A DNA stretch of 64,000 nucleotides from an uncultured Gammaproteobacteria bacterium (lineage in GTDB: Bacteria > Patescibacteriota > Patescibacteriia > UBA9934 > CAMTUG01): contig CAZPQJ010000001.1 of assembly GCA_964588955.1 (NCBI GenBank), positions 10,155 through 74,154 on the forward strand, in the 5' to 3' direction. Positions 56,738-64,000 of this stretch are shown here, one piece after another. Each line of letters begins with the position of its first letter. Position 1 is the stretch's first letter. The notes beneath the pieces were generated by a model, which did no database searches, was not told the DNA's origin, and worked only from the letters and a program-made list of their open reading frames with translations. The position numbers and the translations under genes were made by a program.

Positions 56738-57277
56738 ATGAGCAATGCTTCGCCAAAGCTGTATCGTGATCAGTCGGAAAAGAAGTATCCGTCCGTTCGT
56801 CTTGGTGATGAAGAGTACGGCCGAGCCATCCAATCGCTTGTTGTTGTTTGTACAGACATCGTCGTTGTGGATACTCCTACTAAAACGATCTATCTTCCCC
56901 GACGAGCTTCGCGGCCAGCGAGCGGAAAGTGGTGGTTTGTTGGAGGTCGTAGTTTTATCGGAGAAACAGAACAACAGTCAGCTCAGCGTTGTTTCCGACG
57001 CGAAACAGGACTCCTGATTGAAGAGAATCGTTTTGAATTTATTTGCATGAATCGGTATTTCTTCGCAGATCGACAGCAAATTCCACAAGATGTTGGTTGC
57101 GATAGTTTGTGTTATACCTTTTCGCTTCAACTAACGGAGGAAGAACGAAGTCGCGTTGTTCTTGATCCTAAGGAATATCAAGAAGGTGGCCTGCGAGCAT
57201 TTGGACGTGAAGATTTGCAGACCGAGGGGGTTCAGCAATGTGTGCGTGATGTTTACAAGAATATTTTTGGTGACTAG
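56738..57277 (+). CDS. NUDIX hydrolase (GDP-mannose mannosyl hydrolase-like)
   Basis: WFVGGR...GET..SAQR..RRETGL variant Nudix box. Confidence 0.75.
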   Translation: MSNASPKLYRDQSEKKYPSVRLGDEEYGRAIQSLVVVCTDIVVVDTPTKTIYLPRRASRPASGKWWFVGGRSFIGETEQQSAQRCFRRETGLLIEENRFEFICMNRYFFADRQQIPQDVGCDSLCYTFSLQLTEEERSRVVLDPKEYQEGGLRAFGREDLQTEGVQQCVRDVYKNIFGD

Positions 57278-57279
57278 TT

Positions 57280-57684
57280 ATGGAATGCAAGCTCTGTGAA
57301 TCATTAGATCAGCCACGCGTCGTTTGTCAGAATGATGTTGCCTTTGTGGTTATGAACGTGGAGCCACTGAATGACGGACATGTGATGGTGATTCCCAAGC
57401 AGCATGTAGAGACCTTAGGCGAACTCGCCGCAGAAGATGTGAAGGGGCTCATGGAGTTGGTCACCAAGATGGAAAAAACGCTCGCACGAATCTTTCCTAA
57501 TCCGCCAATTATTTTTCTCAACTCGAGCTCGCACAAAACACAGCCCCATGTGCATATCCACGTCCTTCCAAGCAAGGGCGCCCTGCGTGATCTTGTTGCG
57601 GGTTTCGAACAAATTCCACCGCGCGTCCGGCGACCGATGGAAGAACTCGCGTCACTCGCGGACGCAATCCGATCCGCTTTGTAA
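57280..57684 (+). CDS. HIT family protein
   Basis: CKLC, GHVMVIPKQH, QPHVHIHVLP. Confidence 0.9.
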   Translation: MECKLCESLDQPRVVCQNDVAFVVMNVEPLNDGHVMVIPKQHVETLGELAAEDVKGLMELVTKMEKTLARIFPNPPIIFLNSSSHKTQPHVHIHVLPSKGALRDLVAGFEQIPPRVRRPMEELASLADAIRSAL

Positions 57685-57744
57685 AGACAAAACATCCTGG
57701 GTGCGAGGCTCAGGATGTTTTGTGTTATGTTGTAGGTCGGGTTG

Positions 57745-58479
57745 TTAGTCGGTCAATTTCAAAAAGATCGCCGCGGCGCAATGGTCGGCTAAAATGCCGA
57801 CTTTTATGTCTGGAAGATGGAGACGCACGGTGTTATAAATTGTAGGAATGGCTATTAACATTTCTGTAATGTTTGACGGAAGGTGTTTGTAAAAAATGCG
57901 GGTGATGTAGTGGCCGTTTAGCGCGTGATGAGCCCATTGATAATTTGAATCACTTGGAGGGAAGTCTTGCAGAAAGTGTTGATAGAGTTCCTCCACAGAG
58001 TTGAGGCCAAGATACGGCGATGGATCAAAGTTTCGTTTTGATGCTTTATCAGAAGTGCGCCAAGCAATGCGTCGAGCGGCCAGAAGCGAACTGACGGCTT
58101 CTGGTCCATTTGTTTTGACAATGTCGGTTAATCGATCAATAACATCTTCACCATGTGTTAACGTTAGGCGGGCGTGTACGGCGGGGAACATGGCTTCTAA
58201 AAGTCCGAGGGTTAAAAACTTTCCGGAACTAAAACGTGGAACAATTTGCAGGGCATGGATGAACTCTTCAAAACTATTTGTGTGTTCAGGGTGGTCAATA
58301 ATCTTTTCGGCCGTACGATGAAAAAAACGTGAAGCATTGATAGCAGCGATTAAAAAGTCTTGCAGCGGTTTGCCGGGCAAATCAACAAGACGATGCGTGC
58401 AGCCCTGTTTGTAAGAAATCGCTTCTAGGACAAAAGCCATGGTTACGCGATCCGCAATGTCACTGGCTGAGAGCTTCAT
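57745..58479 (-). CDS. CitG-like (triphosphoribosyl-dephospho-CoA synthase-like) protein
   Basis: LEA..KQG..HR..D..DFL..A and C-terminal G..AD..AAAIFL resemble CitG family motifs. Confidence 0.5.
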   Translation of the reverse strand: MKLSASDIADRVTMAFVLEAISYKQGCTHRLVDLPGKPLQDFLIAAINASRFFHRTAEKIIDHPEHTNSFEEFIHALQIVPRFSSGKFLTLGLLEAMFPAVHARLTLTHGEDVIDRLTDIVKTNGPEAVSSLLAARRIAWRTSDKASKRNFDPSPYLGLNSVEELYQHFLQDFPPSDSNYQWAHHALNGHYITRIFYKHLPSNITEMLIAIPTIYNTVRLHLPDIKVGILADHCAAAIFLKLTD

Positions 58480-58582
58480 ACGAAGACACCCTAACAAAGA
58501 ATCTAACCGATGGACAGAGGTTTATGGACGAGGGTGTTTTCAAACAAAAAAACACCCCGGGATCACCGAGATGCTTTTCGCG

Positions 58583-58867
58583 TTATTTTGTTGGATGGGT
58601 TTTGCGCTTGGTCTGGCTGACGCGCACTTTGGTGGCTTTCTTTTTGTCGCGGCTGGACAAGCGGCGTTCAACTTTTCCTGCTTGCTCGATCAAAGCCGGG
58701 TTTTTGACGAGGGTGCGCAGACAGCGGGTGCAAAGTTTGTAGGCTTTGTTGCCGATGCGTTTGACCTGCAAGTTCACGTACTTGCGGGTTTTGGTTTTGT
58801 TGTTGGCGTGGCTGACCGTATTGGCGCTCATCGCTCCACGGCCACAGGTTTGGCAAAATTGGGACAT
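58583..58867 (-). CDS. rpmB: 50S ribosomal protein L28 with basic C-terminal extension
   Basis: CQTCGR..VSHANNKTK...NLQ..CTRCLRT. Confidence 0.92.
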   Translation of the reverse strand: MSQFCQTCGRGAMSANTVSHANNKTKTRKYVNLQVKRIGNKAYKLCTRCLRTLVKNPALIEQAGKVERRLSSRDKKKATKVRVSQTKRKTHPTK

Positions 58868-58938
58868 ACTGTGCGTTTAAGATGTGCCGGCATGCTATCA
58901 GGATCGACGTAAATTGGCAAGAGCGGTAGAATGGGGGC

Positions 58939-59619
58939 ATGTTTTTATCTCTTTTGAGTTACAACCCCGCCATTGCCGTCGCTTGGGTCATCGCCATTAT
59001 CCTTTCCCTCACCATTCACGAGTTCAGCCACGCCCTGGTCGGCAAATGGAAAGGGGATAAGACGGCCGAGCGTGAAGGGCGGTTAACCTTGAATCCCTTA
59101 GCGCATTTAGAGTTGATGGGCTTCGTTGCTTTGCTGTTTTTGGGTTTTGGTTGGGCCAAGCCTGTGCCATATAACCCCTACAATTTGAAAAATCCCAAGT
59201 GGGATGCGGTGTTGATTGCCCTTGCTGGGCCTGGTGCCAACTTCATTATGGCCACAATTGCTGCCGTGGTATTACGGTTTTTGCTGCCGTCGGTGGCAGT
59301 GACGGGATTTACTTTGTTGGATATTTTCCTTCTCTTGGTCGTGATTCTTAACTTGTTTTTGCTCTTTTTTAACGTCATCCCTGTGCATCCGTTGGATGGA
59401 TCTAAGCTGGTCTTCGCCTTGCTCGACAGTCCTAAACACGCCGCCCTGCGTCAGATTATTTTAACCAAAGGTCCTCAATTGTTGATGTTTTTGGTTCTTC
59501 TTTCTCTCGTTACCACTATCGACGTTTTTGGATTTGTGAGTGCCCCAGCTTACGCCGTTTGTTCCTCCCTGGTTGGAGCCTCGTGTCCCAATTTGCTCGG
59601 AGTTGTTTTTGGTGGGTAG
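58939..59619 (+). CDS. Site-2 protease (peptidase M50)
   Basis: HEFSH, GRLTLNP, GWAKPVP, AGPGAN, NVIPVHPLDGS. Confidence 0.92.
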   Translation: MFLSLLSYNPAIAVAWVIAIILSLTIHEFSHALVGKWKGDKTAEREGRLTLNPLAHLELMGFVALLFLGFGWAKPVPYNPYNLKNPKWDAVLIALAGPGANFIMATIAAVVLRFLLPSVAVTGFTLLDIFLLLVVILNLFLLFFNVIPVHPLDGSKLVFALLDSPKHAALRQIILTKGPQLLMFLVLLSLVTTIDVFGFVSAPAYAVCSSLVGASCPNLLGVVFGG

Positions 59620-59690
59620 GCCATGACGGTAGAACTTGACGGTTTTGGGGGCAAGTGTTAATCTTTCGCCACTTTTGATTCCGCAATATT

Positions 59691-60116
59691 ATGCCAACGA
59701 TTAACCAATTGATCCGTAAAGGCCGCAAGCAAACGACGACCAAATCCAAGTCGCCGGCGATGCAGTTTAAATACGACTCCTTGCACCGCAAGCGCACGGA
59801 ATACAAGCGCGGTTCCGCCTTCAAGCGCGGCGTGTGTGTGAAAGTCACTACCATGACTCCAAAGAAGCCAAACTCGGCTTTGCGTAAGATTGCCCGTATT
59901 CGTTTGAGTAACGGTATGGAAGTCACGGCTTACATTCCTGGCGAAGGACACAACCTCCAAGAGCACTCGATCGTCATGATTCGCGGCGGACGTGTGAAAG
60001 ATCTTCCTGGTTGTCGTTATCACGTGGTGCGCGGTCGTTACGACGCTGTCGGCGTTGAAGCCCGTCGTCGTGGACGCTCCATTTACGGTGCGAAGCGACC
60101 GAAGGTGAAGAAGTAG
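59691..60116 (+). CDS. rpsL: 30S ribosomal protein S12
   Basis: [37 protein letters not shown]. Confidence 0.99.
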   Translation: MPTINQLIRKGRKQTTTKSKSPAMQFKYDSLHRKRTEYKRGSAFKRGVCVKVTTMTPKKPNSALRKIARIRLSNGMEVTAYIPGEGHNLQEHSIVMIRGGRVKDLPGCRYHVVRGRYDAVGVEARRRGRSIYGAKRPKVKK

Positions 60117-60192
60117 AATCCCAAAAATTATAAACCGCCTTTCGTAGTACCACACACGCTGGGAATAAACGAAAGAGCGATAACACAAAGCT

Positions 60193-60660
60193 ATGCGTGG
60201 AAAAAAGGCCCCTATTCGTAAGATTGCGGTTGATGGCAAGTATGGAAATCCCATGGTTGCCAAGTTTATTAATTACTTGATGTACGACGGCAAGAAGTCG
60301 ACGGCAGAAGCGGTGGTTTACGACGCCTTCGACCTCATCTCCGAAAAAACCAAGAAAGACGCGGTGGAGATTTTCGATAAAGCCATCAAAAACGTCATGC
60401 CAACGTTGGAAGTGAAGTCTCGTCGCGTGGGAGGAGCCAACTATCAAATCCCGATCCCGGTGCGCGCCGAGCGTCGCCTGTTTTTGGCGTGTAAGTGGGT
60501 GTTGGAAGCGGCACGTTCCAAAAAAGGCCGTCCCATGCACATGCGCTTGGCCGATGAATTGATGGCCGCCGCTGAAGGCACAGGTGACTCCTTCAAAAAG
60601 AAATCCGACGTGCAGCGCATGGCAGAGGCGAACAAAGCTTTTGCCCATTTCGCCCGATAG
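60193..60660 (+). CDS. rpsG: 30S ribosomal protein S7
   Basis: DGKKSTAE, EVKSRRVGGANYQIP, MAEANKAFAHF. Confidence 0.98.
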   Translation: MRGKKAPIRKIAVDGKYGNPMVAKFINYLMYDGKKSTAEAVVYDAFDLISEKTKKDAVEIFDKAIKNVMPTLEVKSRRVGGANYQIPIPVRAERRLFLACKWVLEAARSKKGRPMHMRLADELMAAAEGTGDSFKKKSDVQRMAEANKAFAHFAR

Positions 60661-60681
60661 GTCTAACCTTTTTACAACTCT

Positions 60682-62778
60682 ATGCCTCGAGAATATTCTC
60701 TTCAAAACACCCGTAACATTGGGATCATCGCCCACATCGACGCCGGAAAAACCACTACCACTGAGCGTGTGCTTTTCTACACCGGTAAGAAACATAAAAT
60801 CGGGGAAGTGCATGAAGGGGAAGCGACCATGGACTGGATGGAACAGGAGCGCGAGCGCGGTATTACGATTACCGCCGCCGCCACGACCTGTTTTTGGAAA
60901 GGCAACCGCATCAACATTATCGACACCCCTGGCCACGTGGACTTCACGGTGGAAGTGGAGCGTTCGTTACGCGTGCTCGATGGTGGTGTGACGGTGTTTG
61001 ATGGCGTGGCGGGTGTGGAACCACAATCCGAAACGGTTTGGCACCAGGCAGACAAATACGGCGTGCCGCGTGTGTGTTTTATCAACAAACTCGACCGTAC
61101 CGGCGCGGATTTTTATAAAGACTTAGACTCCATCCATGCACGCCTTACCAAGAAGGCCTATCCGATTCAATTGCCGATTGGTATTGAAGACGGATTCAAC
61201 ACGATCATTGATCTGTTGAAGCGCAAGGCCTATGTGTTTAAAGACGACATGGGAAAAGATGTGGAAGAGATCGATATTCCTGCCGACATGAAAGATAAGG
61301 CCGAAGAGTATCGCAAGCGCTTGGTGGAAGCGATCGTGGAAAACGAAGATGCGTTGATGAACAAGTATTTGGCCGGTGAAGAGATTGGTATTGAAGATTT
61401 GAAACGCGCCTTGCGCAAAGGTGTTGTCTCGTTGAACATTTTCCCCGTGTTGTGTGGATCCGCTTTGAAAAACAAAGGGGTGCAAATGATGCTCGACGCC
61501 GTGGTCGACTATTTGCCAAGCCCACTCGACGTGCCGGCGTTGAAAGGTACTGATCCCGATGATCACGAAAAAGTTATCGAGTGTCCTGCCGATGACAACA
61601 AACCGTTTGCCGCCTTGGCTTTTAAAGTCGCCGCGGATCCATTCGTTGGTAAATTGATTTTCTTCCGTGTCTATTCAGGCATGATGAAAGCCGGTTCCTA
61701 TGTGCTAAACACCTCCAATGGAAAAACGGAACGCTTGTCGCGCATCGTGCGTTTGCACGCCAACTCGCGTGAAGACGTGGACGAGGTGTACGCCGGCGAC
61801 ATTGCCGCCGCCGTGGGGTTGAAAGAAACCGTTACCGGAAACACCATGTGTGATCCTGCCCACCCAATCTTGTTGGAATCGATCACCTTCCCAGAGCCGG
61901 TTATTTCCGTGGCTGTGGAACCAAAAACCAAAGCCGACCAAGAAAAAATGGGTATGGCGCTTTCCAAATTGGCGGAAGAAGATCCAACTTTCCACGTGCA
62001 CACTGATCCAGAAACCTTACAGACGATTTTGGCTGGTATGGGTGAGTTACATTTGGAAATTCTCGTTGATCGCATGAAGCGTGAATACAACGTGGAAGCT
62101 AACGTCGGTAAACCACAGGTGGCTTACCGCGAAACGATCAAGAAGCAAGCCGAAGCTGAAGGAAAATATATTCGTCAAACAGGTGGACGCGGTCAGTACG
62201 GTCATTGCTGGTTGCGCGTGGAACCGAACGAACCAGGCAAGGGCTTTGAGTTCTTTGAAGAAATTAAAGGCGGTGTCATTCCAAAAGAATTCATCAACCC
62301 GATTGAAAAAGGCGTTAAAGAAGCAACGGAACGCGGTGTGCTCGCCGGCTATCCGCTGGTGGACATTAAAGCGACTGTGTTCGATGGTAGCTACCACGAT
62401 GTGGACTCTTCGGAAATGGCCTTTAAAATCGCCGGTTCTATGGCCTTCCAAGAGGCGGCCAAGAAAGCCGGGATTTCTCTGTTGGAGCCAATGATGAAAG
62501 TGGAAGTGGTGACTCCAGAAGAATCGATGGGTACGATCATGGGTGATTTGAACTCGCGTCGTGGACAAATTCAAGAAATGGGTGAACGCGGAACGGTCAA
62601 AACCATTCGCGCCTTGGTGCCACTCTCGGAAATGTTCGGCTACGCCACTACCGTGCGTTCGTTGTCCCAAGGCCGCGCTAGCTACTCGATGGAGTTTGCT
62701 CACTACGCCGAAGTTCCTGGCAACGTCGCCAAAGCCATCATCGAAGCCCGCGCCGGCGTTGTGAAGCGCGTCACCTAG
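60682..62778 (+). CDS. fusA: Elongation factor G
   Basis: [42 protein letters not shown]. Confidence 0.99.
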   Translation: MPREYSLQNTRNIGIIAHIDAGKTTTTERVLFYTGKKHKIGEVHEGEATMDWMEQERERGITITAAATTCFWKGNRINIIDTPGHVDFTVEVERSLRVLDGGVTVFDGVAGVEPQSETVWHQADKYGVPRVCFINKLDRTGADFYKDLDSIHARLTKKAYPIQLPIGIEDGFNTIIDLLKRKAYVFKDDMGKDVEEIDIPADMKDKAEEYRKRLVEAIVENEDALMNKYLAGEEIGIEDLKRALRKGVVSLNIFPVLCGSALKNKGVQMMLDAVVDYLPSPLDVPALKGTDPDDHEKVIECPADDNKPFAALAFKVAADPFVGKLIFFRVYSGMMKAGSYVLNTSNGKTERLSRIVRLHANSREDVDEVYAGDIAAAVGLKETVTGNTMCDPAHPILLESITFPEPVISVAVEPKTKADQEKMGMALSKLAEEDPTFHVHTDPETLQTILAGMGELHLEILVDRMKREYNVEANVGKPQVAYRETIKKQAEAEGKYIRQTGGRGQYGHCWLRVEPNEPGKGFEFFEEIKGGVIPKEFINPIEKGVKEATERGVLAGYPLVDIKATVFDGSYHDVDSSEMAFKIAGSMAFQEAAKKAGISLLEPMMKVEVVTPEESMGTIMGDLNSRRGQIQEMGERGTVKTIRALVPLSEMFGYATTVRSLSQGRASYSMEFAHYAEVPGNVAKAIIEARAGVVKRVT

Positions 62779-62947
62779 TCATCTCCTTCCCTTCGAGCGC
62801 TCCCCCCCTGTCTGAGGGGGAGTTAGAGGGGTGGAAGTTGGGGGGGTCTAAAATTTGTAGAAGCGGGGCCATGCGCCCCGCTTTTCTGTTTGCCTTGACG
62901 TGCGTTGGTTACCAGGGTATTTTGTTCAGTCCATCACGGAGGCACAA

Positions 62948-63406
62948 ATGACTCTCAGCCGCATCTGCATCCTGGTCAGCGACATTCCCAACCAACTCGG
63001 CCACTTCCTGTGGATGGCCATCGTGTTCGCCTTCCCGATCTGGTGGACGGGAAGCTGGTGGCTCGGGAGCTTCCTCCTCGGCCTGGAGCTCCTGAGTTTC
63101 TTCCTCCACGTGGGAGAGCACCATGAGGGTGCCTGGCTGGACTACCCGGGCGTGGGGATGGTGGCCGCCGTGCTCCTCGTACTTTCCCCCGTCGGTGAGT
63201 GCCACCAAAGCGGAGTGATCGCGCTGGGTCTTTATCCGATCATCGGCATCGGAACCCAGATGGTCTCCTACGCCATTCACCGGTTGGTGCACCGCAAGCA
63301 GCGCGACGAGCTTTGGCCCGAGCCCTGGTCGATCGGGCGGTGCCTGGCCATGATCTCCACTGGCCTTGTCGTCGCCTACGTCCCTGTGCTCCTCTATCCC
63401 CGCTAG
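62948..63406 (+). CDS. Hypothetical membrane protein (GC-rich orphan)
   Basis: Several TM segments, GGAGG SD, TTGACG-17-TATTTT promoter upstream. Confidence 0.6.
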   Translation: MTLSRICILVSDIPNQLGHFLWMAIVFAFPIWWTGSWWLGSFLLGLELLSFFLHVGEHHEGAWLDYPGVGMVAAVLLVLSPVGECHQSGVIALGLYPIIGIGTQMVSYAIHRLVHRKQRDELWPEPWSIGRCLAMISTGLVVAYVPVLLYPR

Positions 63407-63542
63407 CGCCTCGCGCCCCGAAGCTCCTCTTGCTTCCTTGGGCTCGAGGCGCTTCGCATTTGTTTCGTCTTGTTTGGTGCTGTGGAAAGGCTGTTTAGAG
63501 AATGGTTGACAGGGGATTTAGCTAGGCTAAGATACAACAACT

Positions 63543-64000
63543 ATGGATCGCCAATTGAAACGCATTTTAGACCTCGTTCGCCGCACAGGGGATCGGATGG
63601 TCGTTACCGACCCGAATGGCACCGATGCCTACGTGATTATGGGTCTGGATCAGTATGAGGACTTAGTTGATTCCAGCTGTCACGGGCACTTTGCTGATGG
63701 TGAGGAAGATTGGGAGCCACCGTTCGGTGACGAGGAAGAGGATGTAAAGCCAGAATGGAATCCAGAAATGGATGGAGATCTTATCTCGGTGGATCAAGAA
63801 CCAGCGCCACATGGGGACGAACTGGGGAAAACTCCGGCTCCTGCCGAGCAAATCCAGCAAGATGATCTCCCAAAAGATCTCCGAGAAGCCGTTGAACATG
63901 ATTTGGCCATTCTGGAATCCTGGCGTAAAGAGAAGGAATCTGAGCCAAAAACGAACACCCAAGAACAAAAAGTTAGCGAAAAAGAGCAAAAAAATGATGA
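63543..64000 (+). CDS. Hypothetical acidic protein, truncated by window end (absent from ORF track)
   Basis: Open frame MDRQLKRILDLVRRTGDRMVV..YVIMGLDQYEDL.. to the end; upstream TTGACA-16-TAAGAT. Confidence 0.75.
   Translation, partial: MDRQLKRILDLVRRTGDRMVVTDPNGTDAYVIMGLDQYEDLVDSSCHGHFADGEEDWEPPFGDEEEDVKPEWNPEMDGDLISVDQEPAPHGDELGKTPAPAEQIQQDDLPKDLREAVEHDLAILESWRKEKESEPKTNTQEQKVSEKEQKND

Noticed and set aside
62779-62950. No tuf directly after fusA
   Set aside because: Rearranged str operons are common and tuf may lie outside the window.

Overview
Bacterial chromosomal window. The gene set and style point to Patescibacteria/CPR, plausibly an ABY1/Uhrbacteria-like lineage (inference): short S1, split ComEC, a DUF5654-like protein, compact ProRS, and start codons mostly lacking a Shine-Dalgarno (SD). 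It is mostly housekeeping: tsaD/E, a PilB/GspE ATPase, ftsH, rpsA, gmk, gyrA, rpmF-nusB-rnc, a Fur-family regulator with znuACB, proS, HU, rny, truB, infB, trxA/B, gdh, leuS, ugd, comEC, ndk, murA, rpmB, rpsL-rpsG-fusA and three tRNAs (Glu-TTC, Arg-TCG, Lys-CTT). Single GC-rich orphan genes and several palindromic repeat families are interspersed, some repeats inserted in-frame in core genes. The standout is 46.0-54.3 kb: five tandem transcription units, each with a sigma70-like promoter, a 23-34 aa leader ORF missed by the ORF track, and overlapping antiterminator/terminator hairpins, i.e. classical attenuator geometry. Four units control divergent ATP-grasp paralogs. Their leaders are enriched in Phe, Leu, Tyr and Ile, and the enzymes pair by sequence in the same way (Phe with Tyr, Leu with Ile). 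A class I glutamine amidotransferase and a candidate ~250-nt structured RNA follow. All product calls come from motif recognition by eye; no database searches or folding programs were run.
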